Notes under the pieces: model-generated
Told to the model about the DNA's origin: nothing
The model's database searches: none
What the model saw: only the letters and a program-made list of their open reading frames with translations
DNA from: Bacillota bacterium
GTDB taxonomy: Bacteria > Bacillota > Clostridia > Christensenellales > DTU072
Reading direction: 5' to 3'
Length of the DNA: 64,000 nt
Assembly (NCBI GenBank): GCA_023394875.1
Contig: JAEXAB010000003.1
Span: forward strand, 364,334-428,333
Shown: positions 1-10,636 of the stretch, one piece after another
Position numbering within the stretch: position 1 is the first letter of the stretch
How the letters are laid out: the number at the start of each line of letters is the position of its first letter
Translations under genes and position numbers: made by a program

Positions 1-205
1 TGCCTTTTTGTCTCCAAGGTTTGATACCGCCGCCGCGTACTTCAGTACGTGTTAAAGCGCTCTTTGTACCTTGTCTTTTGTTTGCGAGTTGGGCAACGAT
101 AACCTGATGGATAAGTGCCTCATTGTATTCGGCGTTAAAAATCTCATCTCTTACCGTGATTTTGTCCACTTCTTTTCCGCTTAAATTGTATACTTTCAAT
201 TCCAT
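1..205 (-). CDS. rplD: 50S ribosomal protein L4 (partial, runs off left edge)
   Basis: The reverse complement of 1-205 reads [74 protein letters not shown] lies 7 nt before the ATG at 205. It sits directly downstream of rplC, as in the S10 operon. Confidence 0.9.
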   Translation of the reverse strand, partial: MELKVYNLSGKEVDKITVRDEIFNAEYNEALIHQVIVAQLANKRQGTKSALTRTEVRGGGIKPWRQKG

Positions 206-218
206 AATAAAACCTCCA

Positions 219-836
219 CTACGCCTTGATGATAACAAGACTTCCCTTTGCTCCGGGGATTCCGCCCTTTATCAGCAAGAGATTTCTGTTTGTGTCAATA
301 CGCACTACTTCGAGGTTCTTGATGGTAACCTGCTCATTGCCGTAATGACCGGGCAAATGCTTGTTCTTGAACACGCGGCTGGGATCGGAGTTTGCGCTCA
401 TACTTCCTACGCCTCTGTGATAGCCCGAGCCGTGAGCCATAGGTCCTCTGCTTTGATTCCATCTCTGGATAACGCCCGAAAAACCTCTACCTTTGGTGGT
501 TCCGACTACGTCTACTTTGTCGCCTACTACAAAGCTGTCACACTTAATAACGCTGCCGACAGCATAGCTAGAGCAATCGTCAAAACGGAATTCTCTGAGA
601 TTCCTTTTTGCCTGCGCGCTTGCTTTTGCATAATGTCCGGCAACGGGCTTTGTAACGTTCTTTTCTTTTATATCGCCAAAAGAAACCTGAACGGCATCGT
701 ATCCTTCCTTTTCCTTAGTCTTTACTTGGACTACGGCGCAAGGTCCCGCTTCCACTACGGTTACGGGGATGAAAGTGCCATCCGCGGTAAATATCTGGCT
801 CATACCTAATTTCTTGCCTAATATAGCTTTCTTCAT
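219..836 (-). CDS. rplC: 50S ribosomal protein L3
   Basis: 205-aa [36 protein letters not shown]... has a typical uL3 N-terminus and lies between rpsJ and rplD. Confidence 0.97.
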   Translation of the reverse strand: MKKAILGKKLGMSQIFTADGTFIPVTVVEAGPCAVVQVKTKEKEGYDAVQVSFGDIKEKNVTKPVAGHYAKASAQAKRNLREFRFDDCSSYAVGSVIKCDSFVVGDKVDVVGTTKGRGFSGVIQRWNQSRGPMAHGSGYHRGVGSMSANSDPSRVFKNKHLPGHYGNEQVTIKNLEVVRIDTNRNLLLIKGGIPGAKGSLVIIKA

Positions 837-846
837 TATAAGCCTC

Positions 847-1155
847 CTATAACTTTATCTGGATGTCCACACCGGCGGGTAAGTCGAGTTTCATCAACGC
901 ATCCACCGTTTTGCTTGTGGAATTATAGATATCAATCAATCTCTTGTGAGTGCGAAGCTCGAATTGCTCGCGTGAATCCTTATACTTGTGGGGAGCACGC
1001 AAGATTGTTACGATTTCCTTGTCTGTAGGTAAGGGTATCGGGCCTGATATACTAGCGCCGGTACGCTTTACCGCCTCAACGATCTTCTCTGCGGAATTGT
1101 CGATGAGATTGTGGTCATAGGCTTTAAGCTTAATCCTAATTTTTTGACCTGCCAT
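847..1155 (-). CDS. rpsJ: 30S ribosomal protein S10
   Basis: 102-aa [37 protein letters not shown]...[11 protein letters not shown] is a canonical uS10 and the first gene of the S10 operon. Confidence 0.97.
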   Translation of the reverse strand: MAGQKIRIKLKAYDHNLIDNSAEKIVEAVKRTGASISGPIPLPTDKEIVTILRAPHKYKDSREQFELRTHKRLIDIYNSTSKTVDALMKLDLPAGVDIQIKL

Positions 1156-1226
1156 TTGTTTGTACCTCCTGTTTTTTTACCTAACATTTTACACTTATCC
1201 GTGTGTGTCGAGCTGTCTTTTAATAA

Positions 1227-1242
1227 AAGGCGCATGCGCCTT
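1227..1242 (-). promoter_or_regulatory. Terminator-like GC hairpin inside the S10 operon 5' leader (possible attenuator)
   Basis: Perfect palindrome AAGGCGCATGCGCCTT is followed on the minus strand by TTATTAAAAG. It lies between the predicted promoter and the rpsJ ribosome-binding site. Confidence 0.35.
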
Positions 1243-1342
1243 ATTTCAGTTAGTCACGTCCATCGTTGTGTCCGTGTAAGTCCGTGGAAACTATCCGTCT
1301 TTACGGTAACCTCCCACATCTACCCTATAATACAGCCTTGTA

Positions 1343-1371
1343 ATAATAGCATAGTAAAAACTTGCTGTCAA
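1343..1371 (-). promoter_or_regulatory. Sigma-A-type promoter of the S10 operon
   Basis: The minus strand reads TTGACA (1371-1366), a 17-nt spacer, then TATTAT (1348-1343). This is about 180 nt upstream of the rpsJ ATG. Confidence 0.5.
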
Positions 1372-1416
1372 ATAATTTTTTGCAATTTTTTCAAAAAATA
1401 ATCAAAATGGGAAAAA

Positions 1417-4400
1417 TTATACCATTTTATAAAATTCCATATTGTTATAACCGTATTGAGTTTTGAATTTATTCTCATAGGTTATTATATAGCTTTCTTC
1501 CAAAACGTTAACTCTTATAGCCAAAGACGTCATAAACGCGTTCGTCCCCAGATTGGGCGGAGTGGTCGGGAACATATTAACAATAGTAAGAATCAGACAA
1601 TTATTAAACGCCCTATCGCCGATTGTTGTAACGTTTGCCCCTATATTAATGGCGAAAAGAGCACTGCAACCCTCAAAAGCCGCAGTTTCTATTTCTGTTA
1701 AGTTGGACGAAAAAGTAATTCTGTATAATTTTACGCAGTTTGCAAACATTCCGCTTGAAACGTGTGTGGCTTCATAAGTAAGCGTTTCCAACAAGCTGCT
1801 GCCTTTGAAAATATTGTTGCCCATATTAATAACATTTGCAGGCACTCTTACCGACGTAATTTTGCTGTTTTCAAATACGCTGTTGCCTAAAGTGGTTACC
1901 GTATCGGGAATATTAATAGAATTTCCGCCGTAATTATAAAAAGCCTTGTTGCCTAAATTGGTTATCATTGTGCCTATGGCAAAAGTAATTTGCGCGTTTA
2001 CATTATAGAATGCCTCTTCTCCTATGGAAGTAACTTTATTGGGGATTATTATTTGTTGTATATTGTTTGCATTGTAAAAAGCGGCATTGGCTATTTGGGT
2101 TACATTACTTGGTATAGTAATTGCGTTACCTTTATAACCTTTCAAAATTCCATATGTCAAAACCGTAATATTGGGATTTAGTGTTATGGGCGCGGAAATG
2201 TTAGACACCCACTCACTGCCGTAACTTGTTACCGATTGGGGAAGTATGATGGTAGTAAGAGAACTAAAATCCTTCAAAAACTCATTAGGCAGAGCAGTTA
2301 GGCTTTGACTAGTTAGCTCAAGTTTTGTACAGGTATATCTTGTGTATACGTTTTCGCCGGCGTTACTGCCTATTAAAAAAGCAATAGTCCTTATATCGCT
2401 TATACTGCTTCCGACAAAGGGAAGTGTTATTTCTTTTAAGTTATAGCAATAGCGGAAGATAGTTTCGCCTATTGTATTAATACCGTTGCCTAAGGTTACT
2501 TTCTCTAATTTAGCGCAGCTTTCAAAAGCTCTGTCCCCTACGCTGGTAACTTGACTTAAATATGCTATCTCTTTGATATTAACAGCATTTGCAAAAGCAT
2601 TGGCGCTGACTTCTCCGTCTAGACTTATAATAACTTTTTCCAAAGTTGCTGGCAGATTGTCATTAGTCCCGCCGAAAACTCTACCTAATACTTCTCCCGA
2701 ATTTTGGGTTCTCCCCACAAAAGGCAAAGTTATTTCTGTAAGGTTAGGAATACCCGAAAATGCGCTCTGACTAAAGGAAATTACGCTGTCAGGAACGGTG
2801 ATTGTTCTAACATAAGTATTATCCTTAAAGGCTTCGCTTCTTATTGACTGCGTGCCGTCCATAATACTTACGTTGACGCTGGAACCCTTATATTTTACAA
2901 GCTGTAAGCCTTCGTATTGGTAAAGACTGCCCGAATATATGCAAAAATATCTTGCTCCTATGGTAGGCGGATTTATAAAAGTATAGTTTACGGTGTCGAT
3001 TAGGGTTACGTTAATAGAACTTACGTTATGCCTGCCTATAGAGGTCATATCGGTGTCGCAAACAAACTCCAGTTTCAGCGCCCCTTTGTTGCCGTTAACG
3101 GTAAAATTAGGGTTGGCGATTTGTCCTGTAAAGGGTAAAAACTGGCTGTCTATAACCATAGTAGCCCCGTTAATTTCCGCTTGCGTAATATTGAGCGTCA
3201 AACCAAACTGAAAATCGTTATAATTATTGACGTCGGGATTATAAATAACTCTATAAGAAGTGACGTTTACCGTAGGCACGGTCGTAGGGTTAACCCATCT
3301 TATTTTGCTGCTTTCTATTCCCGATATTGAGTAATCTGCCAAAGTCTTGGTATGGTCGTAAACACCGCCCGTTGCGGAGCATTCCGGCACGTCTTCGCTA
3401 GTCAACGTAGCCTTATTTATCTTCAAAGCTGCCGTTAACGCGCTTATTGTTTTTCCGTTTAACGTAAAGTAATAATTAATCGGATCAATAAATCCTTTTT
3501 TATAAAATAAAATAGCCGTTACGGTATACGTTCCTGCGTTGGTCTTATCATTATTGGTGTAATCGGCGGTAACGTTTTCGGGAAGGTTAATAACATTTAA
3601 TGAATGTTCCTCTTCATTATAAGTAACTTCCATTCCTGCAAAAACGGCTCCGTCAATCGGTATTGCCTTTTTTGTAATTACTATCTGAATGGATTTGGAC
3701 GGTATGGTCAAATAATTTTCTTTGTTGGTTTTTAGCTCGAACTCAGCGGTAATTACGTAGGTTGCCACGTTGGTAAGTCCAACGCCTTCGCTAACAATAA
3801 GCACCGAAGCGCCGCCGTTTACTTTGAGATAATATTTTATATTCAGGCTGTCTAATATACTCTGTCCTGCAGTTACCGAAAAAGTGTGCGTAATCTCATC
3901 ATAAACTCTAGCTTCGGCAAAGTTAATATCGTTTTCGTCTACAGGGAGGAAACTAACTCCGCTCATATCGAAAGTAGCTTTATTAATAATGATTGTAAAG
4001 GACATATCTTCCAAAGCGTTATAGTTTGTTTCATAGCCTGCGGGCATGGTAAAGACAGCGTTAATGGTATATCTTCCCGCATTGATAAAGTCTACGCTTT
4101 GAGCATCCTTAATAATGCCGTTGTCGGTATATTTATAAGCAACGGTAGCCCCTTGAGGAAATTCTCCGTTAACCCCTGTAGGCAATCTCCCCACTAAGCC
4201 AACGTCAAAACCTGCGCCCGTACCTATATTAAGTCTGTTTCCGTTATAAACGAAACCTTCGTTTGGCATGGCTTTCCACCTAAGATCGGCGCTGACAAAA
4301 TTGGCTTTACTTATTACTAAGGTTACCGTTTTCGGGGATATGGAATTATAGTTCTGATAGAATATAGAACCTTGCTCAACAAAAAATACCGCTTTAATAT

Positions 4401-5361
4401 TATAAGTTCCGCTACTAACAACGCCGTTTTCGGGCATAGGGACGTCCGCTTGCCCCGCGCTAAATAGATAATATTCCACGCTGAGTCCTTGTGGCAGATT
4501 ATTTAATTCCACCTTATGACCAAGTCCGTCGTAAGTTATATATTTATTATCAAAGCCGTTGGTGTTCAGTTCGAAATTTTTGCGGTTAATTGTGAGCCTA
4601 GCCGTCATTTCGGTTATCGGTTCATAATGCTCTTCATCACCTAAAAAAATGGCATTGGCAAAATACGTTCCGGCGTTGGTTGCCTTGTTGTTGACGTATC
4701 TTACCGTCACACCCTCAGGCAAGGTTCCGCTGATTTCCACCTTCTTTTCCTGTCCGTCATAAGTAAAGGTCTTGCTTGCAAAAGAAATATTATGCATATC
4801 GTATACCCCTTTAATTATGGTAAGAACAGCGGATTTACTGATATAATTTGCCTTATAACCTTTGGGCAAAACAACTTCTATATTTATGTTATAGCTTCCT
4901 ATTTCTTTGGCGCCAAAAAAAGGCTCTCCGTCAAGGAAATATTTTATTTCACTGTTTTCGGGCAAAACGCCGTTTACCTTCAGGTTCTTTATTTCGCCGT
5001 CATATTCAATTGTGGTGTCGACCGCCTCTATATTAACGTTGGAACCATCGGTTACGACTACATTAAAACGGGCGCTCAATTCTCCGCTGTCCACAATAAC
5101 CGCGCCTGTCCCTAAGGCTACTGCGATCACCATATTTTTTTCCAATTTTAGAACGGAGGTGTTTTCCACCGAATAAAAAAGCTTGCCCTTTCCCTCATAC
5201 TCTATATAGTTATCTATATTTATAGTAGAGTTAATCGGCAAACTTATTTTTTCATACTTTGCTTTAAGCGTAGTAATGCCTTTATTATCGCATGCAAAAA
5301 AAGACACTGCCAAGAGTATCATCAGAGCTATTGAAACGATAATAAGAATTTTTCTTTTCAT
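1417..5361 (-). CDS. Large surface lipoprotein with N-terminal MBG/YGX-like Ig repeats and C-terminal BspA-type LRR (LRR_5-like) repeats
   Basis: 1314-aa ORF. Signal peptide plus lipobox: MKRKILIIVSIALMILLAVSFFAC. At least six repeats of about 80 aa end in NAGTY/SGTY/AGRY-type motifs. From about aa 800, repeats follow the pattern I.IP.SVT.IG..AF..C..L. A GGAG RBS precedes the ATG. Confidence 0.85.
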   Translation of the reverse strand: MKRKILIIVSIALMILLAVSFFACDNKGITTLKAKYEKISLPINSTINIDNYIEYEGKGKLFYSVENTSVLKLEKNMVIAVALGTGAVIVDSGELSARFNVVVTDGSNVNIEAVDTTIEYDGEIKNLKVNGVLPENSEIKYFLDGEPFFGAKEIGSYNINIEVVLPKGYKANYISKSAVLTIIKGVYDMHNISFASKTFTYDGQEKKVEISGTLPEGVTVRYVNNKATNAGTYFANAIFLGDEEHYEPITEMTARLTINRKNFELNTNGFDNKYITYDGLGHKVELNNLPQGLSVEYYLFSAGQADVPMPENGVVSSGTYNIKAVFFVEQGSIFYQNYNSISPKTVTLVISKANFVSADLRWKAMPNEGFVYNGNRLNIGTGAGFDVGLVGRLPTGVNGEFPQGATVAYKYTDNGIIKDAQSVDFINAGRYTINAVFTMPAGYETNYNALEDMSFTIIINKATFDMSGVSFLPVDENDINFAEARVYDEITHTFSVTAGQSILDSLNIKYYLKVNGGASVLIVSEGVGLTNVATYVITAEFELKTNKENYLTIPSKSIQIVITKKAIPIDGAVFAGMEVTYNEEEHSLNVINLPENVTADYTNNDKTNAGTYTVTAILFYKKGFIDPINYYFTLNGKTISALTAALKINKATLTSEDVPECSATGGVYDHTKTLADYSISGIESSKIRWVNPTTVPTVNVTSYRVIYNPDVNNYNDFQFGLTLNITQAEINGATMVIDSQFLPFTGQIANPNFTVNGNKGALKLEFVCDTDMTSIGRHNVSSINVTLIDTVNYTFINPPTIGARYFCIYSGSLYQYEGLQLVKYKGSSVNVSIMDGTQSIRSEAFKDNTYVRTITVPDSVISFSQSAFSGIPNLTEITLPFVGRTQNSGEVLGRVFGGTNDNLPATLEKVIISLDGEVSANAFANAVNIKEIAYLSQVTSVGDRAFESCAKLEKVTLGNGINTIGETIFRYCYNLKEITLPFVGSSISDIRTIAFLIGSNAGENVYTRYTCTKLELTSQSLTALPNEFLKDFSSLTTIILPQSVTSYGSEWVSNISAPITLNPNITVLTYGILKGYKGNAITIPSNVTQIANAAFYNANNIQQIIIPNKVTSIGEEAFYNVNAQITFAIGTMITNLGNKAFYNYGGNSINIPDTVTTLGNSVFENSKITSVRVPANVINMGNNIFKGSSLLETLTYEATHVSSGMFANCVKLYRITFSSNLTEIETAAFEGCSALFAINIGANVTTIGDRAFNNCLILTIVNMFPTTPPNLGTNAFMTSLAIRVNVLEESYIITYENKFKTQYGYNNMEFYKMV

Positions 5362-5424
5362 AACAACTCCTGCTCAGGCAATTATACTACACTATTATTA
5401 AAAATAGCTTAACACAAAATATTG

Positions 5425-6933
5425 TTAAATCGTCTTTAGTAAGGCTTTGATAAATTTTTCAAAAGCCGTCTGACCTTCTTTGGTATTCTTAAAAACAGCC
5501 GTGCATTCCAAAATTTTGACGCAAGTTTGGTTAATATAATCAATAACGGCATCTAAAGCCTGTTTCTTATCTATTGCAAGCCCTTTCGTTGCCGAAATCT
5601 GGGCAATTAGACCTATATGCTTATTTAATGTTTCATCGGCGTTTACGCTTTGGAAATCAATTTGCTTTTGCCCCAAAATATCAATTACTTTGGATATTTC
5701 CCCTTTCAGTCTGCCCGGAAGAATGAATAGTCCCATAGCTTCTATTAGTCCTATACCCTCTTTCTTTATGTTGTGCATATCCTCGGTGGGATGATAAATA
5801 CCAAACGGGTGCTTTTCGTCGGTTCTGTTATTGCGCAAGATTATATCGATGCAATAAATGTCGTCTTTCATGCTGGCAATGGGAGTAACCGTATTGTGTC
5901 TTTCCTCTCCGGTATGGCTAAGTATGCCGACTTTATCGTCGCTGTATTCTCTCCAAAATTCCAAGACTTTGCAACTTAGGCTAATAACTTCCTGCTTGTC
6001 GGTTCCCTTAATAGTAACAACGCTGTTATACCAGTCTTTAATACCTATGGAAGCTGTTCCGCTGTTATAAAAAATCTTTCTTTGCGGACGGCTGAACATC
6101 GGTAGAACTTTCTTTCCGCCCTGATAATGCTCATGGGATAAAATAGATCCGCCTACTATTGGTAAATCGGCGTTGCTTCCCAAAAAGTAATTAGGGAAGG
6201 CGTCCACAAAGTCAACAAGTCTTACAAAAGTCTTGTCGGTAATACTCATCGGTCTGTGTTCGTCGGAAAAAGCTATGCAATGCTCGTCATAATAAACGTA
6301 AGGGGAATATTGCACGTGCCATTTTTCTCCGCATAAGGTAATGGGGATAGCCCGTAAGGTTTGTCTTGCCGGATGGCTTACGGTACCGCAAAAACCTAAG
6401 TTTTCCAAACAGAGCATACATTTTGGATACTTTTTACCCTTAAAGTTCTTTTCAAAAAGTACCTGTTTGGCGTCTTTTTCGGGCTTACTTAAATTTATGG
6501 TAATCCCGATATCGCCCTTATCGCCTTCGGCATACCAGCAAATATTCTTTTTGATGTCGCATAGCCTTATGTAGTTGCTGTTTACCGAAATACGGTATAA
6601 ATAAGCGGTGGCGGTTTCTACCCCTTCGTCCTCATAATAACTTAGGAAGTTTTTTACCACAAGCCCATTAGACGGAGTAACCAATCCCATAATTTTGGTT
6701 TCGAAACGCACGTCCGTACCTTCCTCGGTAAGTCCGTTTTCTAATGCGTACTCTACCAGAGGATTGAGTATTTCTTCTTGAAAATTACTTACGTTTTCCC
6801 CCTTTTCTTCGCTAGGCTCTACCTGAAATAGTTCCAACAGTTGGTTCCTCGCATAGACTGAGTCTTCCAACCCCAAATCCAAATTCTTTTTTGCATAAAA
6901 AATCAGATTTTCAATTAGTTTATTAATTTCCAT
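5425..6933 (-). CDS. galT: UDP-glucose--hexose-1-phosphate uridylyltransferase (type 2 GalT)
   Basis: 502-aa ORF with the length and N-terminus (MEINKLIENLIFYAKKNLDL...) of Gram-positive type-2 GalT. It overlaps the galK stop by 11 nt. Confidence 0.88.
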   Translation of the reverse strand: MEINKLIENLIFYAKKNLDLGLEDSVYARNQLLELFQVEPSEEKGENVSNFQEEILNPLVEYALENGLTEEGTDVRFETKIMGLVTPSNGLVVKNFLSYYEDEGVETATAYLYRISVNSNYIRLCDIKKNICWYAEGDKGDIGITINLSKPEKDAKQVLFEKNFKGKKYPKCMLCLENLGFCGTVSHPARQTLRAIPITLCGEKWHVQYSPYVYYDEHCIAFSDEHRPMSITDKTFVRLVDFVDAFPNYFLGSNADLPIVGGSILSHEHYQGGKKVLPMFSRPQRKIFYNSGTASIGIKDWYNSVVTIKGTDKQEVISLSCKVLEFWREYSDDKVGILSHTGEERHNTVTPIASMKDDIYCIDIILRNNRTDEKHPFGIYHPTEDMHNIKKEGIGLIEAMGLFILPGRLKGEISKVIDILGQKQIDFQSVNADETLNKHIGLIAQISATKGLAIDKKQALDAVIDYINQTCVKILECTAVFKNTKEGQTAFEKFIKALLKTI

Positions 6934-8206
6934 TATGTTTTCCCTCTATCATATTTATATGAGCAACCTGTGTCGCTCCATATTTTCTTACCGACAGCAA
7001 AAAGACGTTTTCTTTGCCAAAATATTTTGCCATTTTGCCTACATATTCCTCACCCTTTTCCCTTTTGACCATAGTAAGAATGGTTCCGGCAAAACCTCCG
7101 CCGTGAACACGGCACGCCAAAGTATCGTTGTTGAGTTTAACTAAAGCCAATGCTAAAGGTACGCTTTGCGCTGTGTCTCCCAAAGGATAGCAGTTTTGGA
7201 GTAGCATATAACTGCTTAGTCCGCTTGCATTTATTAAATTCAAGAACCCTTCTTCGTCTCTTTCGTTAAGCGCTATATAAGCCTTGTTTACTCTTTCGTT
7301 TTCCTTAAAAAAGTGAATGGCGCGCATAATGGCTCTGCCGCTGAATTTTTCTTTCAAAAGAAGTAAATTTTCTTCAAAAACGCTAAAGTCTACTTCTCTT
7401 AAAACTTTCTTGCCGAAAAAAGCGGCGATTTCGTTCATTTCCTTTCTTATTGCGGCGTATTCTCCGGTAAGGTTGCAATGATCCCCCCCGCAGTTTATAA
7501 TAACCAAACTAAGATCGTCCATATTCCAGGGCGCTTTCTTAACGGTAGGTTTTTTGACGTCGGCAAAGTCCATAAAGCTTACACCACCGCAGGATATTGT
7601 AAGCTGGTCCATTAATCCCGACGGCTTGCCGAAATATACGTTTTCTGCAAATTGAGAAATTATCGCTTTTTCGATAGCGTTGATTTTTCCGTCGTTATAA
7701 AGTACGTTGAATACTTCGCAAAGGAGTAATTCAAAAGCCGCCGAAGAGCTAACCCCCGCGCCCTTAAAAATATTGCTGTGGGCGTTCATAACAAAACCGC
7801 CTACGTTATGTCCTCTGTCTAATAAGCCTTTTATTACACCTTGCAACAAAGCTACCGAAGTGCCGTATAAGCTTTCCTCAACGGAAAGGTCGTCTAAACA
7901 AACCTTGAACTCCGGAAAGCCCGCGCTTTTAATAGTAACAGCTTTTTCTTTGGTTTTTACAACGGCGCCCACAACGTCAAGATTTATACAGCCTGCTATA
8001 ACCAGTCCGTTGTTGTGGTCGGTGTGATTGCCGACAAGTTCTACCCGTCCGCTGGAAGAAAAGAAATATATGTCCCCGACTAACCCCTCGGTCAAAGAAG
8101 AGTAGCGTTCGGCTACTGTCTCTATATTTTCGGTATATAATTCTTTACTTTTGGAGATAAAATCGATATCGCGTAACAATAACTCTTTACTTAAAGTCCT
8201 TGCCAT
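6923..8206 (-). CDS. galK: Galactokinase
   Basis: Carries GRVELVGNHTDHNNG (galactokinase signature) and GAGVSSSAAFE (GHMP kinase motif). I chose the ATG at 8206 (GGGAG 6 nt upstream) over the TTG at 8212 in the ORF track. Confidence 0.9.
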   Translation of the reverse strand: MARTLSKELLLRDIDFISKSKELYTENIETVAERYSSLTEGLVGDIYFFSSSGRVELVGNHTDHNNGLVIAGCINLDVVGAVVKTKEKAVTIKSAGFPEFKVCLDDLSVEESLYGTSVALLQGVIKGLLDRGHNVGGFVMNAHSNIFKGAGVSSSAAFELLLCEVFNVLYNDGKINAIEKAIISQFAENVYFGKPSGLMDQLTISCGGVSFMDFADVKKPTVKKAPWNMDDLSLVIINCGGDHCNLTGEYAAIRKEMNEIAAFFGKKVLREVDFSVFEENLLLLKEKFSGRAIMRAIHFFKENERVNKAYIALNERDEEGFLNLINASGLSSYMLLQNCYPLGDTAQSVPLALALVKLNNDTLACRVHGGGFAGTILTMVKREKGEEYVGKMAKYFGKENVFLLSVRKYGATQVAHINMIEGKHNGN

Positions 8207-8328
8207 ATACAACTCCCGGTGCTATAATTAAGAAAAATAATTTTATAAGATTATACCATACCAATTCATTATATAGCAAGTATTTAAGGGAATTTGCACT
8301 GCAAACGCCATATATAACGGGAGAAGAA

Positions 8329-9756
8329 ATGCGAAACCTCACTTTATTAACGGATCTATACCAATTAACCATGATGAACGCCTATTTGGAGACCGACAAA
8401 GCCGAAACGATGTCGAATTTTGACGTCTTTTATCGAAGCAAACAGTACTTAGAATACGCACTGTGCGCCGGGTTGGAACAGGTTATTGAATATATCAACA
8501 ATTTACATTTTACCGATGACGATATGGCATATTTGAGAAGCCTTAATATTTTTGGAGAAAAGTTTTTTCAAAAGTTAAAAGACTTCAAATTTACGGGCAG
8601 TATTTCGGCAGTAAAGGAAGGAGAAATCGTTTTTCCGGGGGAGCCGATTTTGACGGTTACCGCTCCTTTATACCAAGCCCAGCTTGTGGAAACGGCTATT
8701 CTTAATATAATAAATCACCAAACTTTGATTGCCACCAAAGCAATGAAAATTTGTCAGGAAGCCAAAGCTTCGGTTATGGAATTCGGTCTGCGCCGCGCCC
8801 AAGGTCCCGACGCAGGAATATACGGGGCGAGGGCTGCCATTATCGGCGGTTGTAATTCTACCAGCAACGTACTTGCTGCGCAAATGTACAACGTTCCTTG
8901 TTCGGGCACTCACGCCCACAGCTGGGTTATGAGCTTTGATTCCGAACTGGAAGCCTTCCGCGCTTATGCGCAAATTTATCCCAAAAACTGCTTATTATTG
9001 GTTGACACCTACGACACTTTGCGTTCTGGTGTCCCTAACGCTATTAAGGTTTTTGACGAAATGAAGGCAAAAGGACTAAAGCCTATCGGCATACGCCTTG
9101 ACAGCGGCGACCTTGCCTACCTTAGTAAAAAAGCCCGCAAAATGTTAGATGACGCCGGACATAAGGATTGCAAAATCTGCGCAAGCGGAGATATAGACGA
9201 ATATATTCTATCTTCACTAAATCAGCAAAACGCCAAGATAGATATTTACGGTATCGGAACCAAGCTTATTACTTCCTCATTGGTTCCTGCCTTAGGCGGC
9301 GTGTACAAAATGTCGGCTTTAATGGAAGACGGCGTATGGATGCCAAAAATAAAACTTTCCGATACTGTAGAAAAGATAACCAACCCGGGGATAAAAACCA
9401 CTTATCGTATTTACGACAGAGAGAGAATGGCTGTTGCCGATCTTATTTGCTTAAAGGATGAATTTTTTGACACAAGTAAACCTCTTACCATTTTCCACCC
9501 TCAGGAAACCTGGAAAAAAACCACCTTTACCGAATACAGTATGCGCAATCTTATGACCGAAATATTTGTAGACGGCAAGCAGGTTTATGTCAGCCCCTCA
9601 CTAAGAGAAATTGCCGATTATTCCCGCCTTGTTCAGTCGGAATTCTGGGAAGAATACCGCCGACTGGTAAATCCCCATACCTACAAAGTAGATTTGAGTG
9701 AAAAACTTTATAATCTCAAGCAAGAACTGACCTTCCAAAACGCAAAAAGAGATTAA
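8329..9756 (+). CDS. pncB: Nicotinate phosphoribosyltransferase
   Basis: Starts MRNLTLLTDLYQLTMMNAYL..., a typical NAPRTase N-terminus. The ATG at 8329 is preceded by GGGAGAAG. The ORF-track start at 8200 would add an unlikely 43-aa extension that overlaps galK. Confidence 0.9.
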   Translation: MRNLTLLTDLYQLTMMNAYLETDKAETMSNFDVFYRSKQYLEYALCAGLEQVIEYINNLHFTDDDMAYLRSLNIFGEKFFQKLKDFKFTGSISAVKEGEIVFPGEPILTVTAPLYQAQLVETAILNIINHQTLIATKAMKICQEAKASVMEFGLRRAQGPDAGIYGARAAIIGGCNSTSNVLAAQMYNVPCSGTHAHSWVMSFDSELEAFRAYAQIYPKNCLLLVDTYDTLRSGVPNAIKVFDEMKAKGLKPIGIRLDSGDLAYLSKKARKMLDDAGHKDCKICASGDIDEYILSSLNQQNAKIDIYGIGTKLITSSLVPALGGVYKMSALMEDGVWMPKIKLSDTVEKITNPGIKTTYRIYDRERMAVADLICLKDEFFDTSKPLTIFHPQETWKKTTFTEYSMRNLMTEIFVDGKQVYVSPSLREIADYSRLVQSEFWEEYRRLVNPHTYKVDLSEKLYNLKQELTFQNAKRD

Positions 9757-10544
9757 TCGAAATATATTTTGGAATTTATCTGATAAATAACCGCCTGGGG
9801 CATAATTTTTGTCAACCCGACCGATAATTTGTTAATAATGCCGCTCGCTATAGTGTGGGCGGCTATTCTATTATTACATAGCCTAAAAATTGTGTTAGCC
9901 ACCGTTGTCGCTTTGGCTCCGTTTTGCTCTATTTTTGCCAAACTCTTAGCCGCTTTTTCTTTATCGGAAGCATAATCGAAACAATCTTTGTCACTGTAAA
10001 CCTTTCTTTTGAAAGTAAACTTAGTTTTTGTGCCCCCGGGCAGAACGCTTATTATCTTAACGCCTTTGGGTAGAAGTTCATAACTCAATGTACTAACTAG
10101 CATATTAACGGCGGCTTTGGATGCCGAATAATAACTGTCGTACGGTATGGGTATCATACCGCCTACGCTGCTTACCACAACGGCAACGCCTTTACTTAAC
10201 CTAAGTAGGGGTATAAAGGCTTTTAGTATTGTCATAAAACCGAAAAGGTTAACTTCAAAAAGATATCTGTAATCCTCATCATTGACGTGCTCTAGAGGAC
10301 ATTCCATAGAAAAACCGGCGCTGTATATAAAAATATCCAAGTTCTTATTGTTTGCTTTATAATTTTCTATTTCCCTGTTTAATTTTTCCCTATCGGTTAC
10401 GTCACAAAGTATATTTTTTACGTTATTTAAGTCGCACGGAGTACGGGATAAATTAGTAACGTAATCCCCTTCCGATAAAAATTTTTTTGCCGTGGCGTAG
10501 CCGATACCGGAGGATGCGCCCACTATAAAAACCTTTCTTTCCAT
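9753..10544 (-). CDS. SDR family oxidoreductase
   Basis: 263 aa. N-terminal Rossmann motif VGASSGIG, plus a YSASK catalytic Tyr/Lys motif. Confidence 0.85.
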   Translation of the reverse strand: MERKVFIVGASSGIGYATAKKFLSEGDYVTNLSRTPCDLNNVKNILCDVTDREKLNREIENYKANNKNLDIFIYSAGFSMECPLEHVNDEDYRYLFEVNLFGFMTILKAFIPLLRLSKGVAVVVSSVGGMIPIPYDSYYSASKAAVNMLVSTLSYELLPKGVKIISVLPGGTKTKFTFKRKVYSDKDCFDYASDKEKAAKSLAKIEQNGAKATTVANTIFRLCNNRIAAHTIASGIINKLSVGLTKIMPQAVIYQINSKIYFD

Positions 10545-10636
10545 TGTTTTTCCTTTTTTATTAGTATAAGAAATTTTTAATTTTCAATACCAAATACGAC
10601 TGACATAAAAGTCAATTTTCCGCCATAAAATACACT

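Noticed and set aside
123-809. A 228-aa plus-strand ORF.
   Set aside because: It is entirely antisense to the unmistakable rplC gene and its low-complexity translation has no motif. This is a shadow ORF.
8200-8328. An N-terminal 43-aa extension of pncB as given in the ORF track.
   Set aside because: The extension overlaps the galK start region, has no RBS, and precedes a canonical MRNLTLLTDLYQLTM start with a GGGAGAAG RBS.
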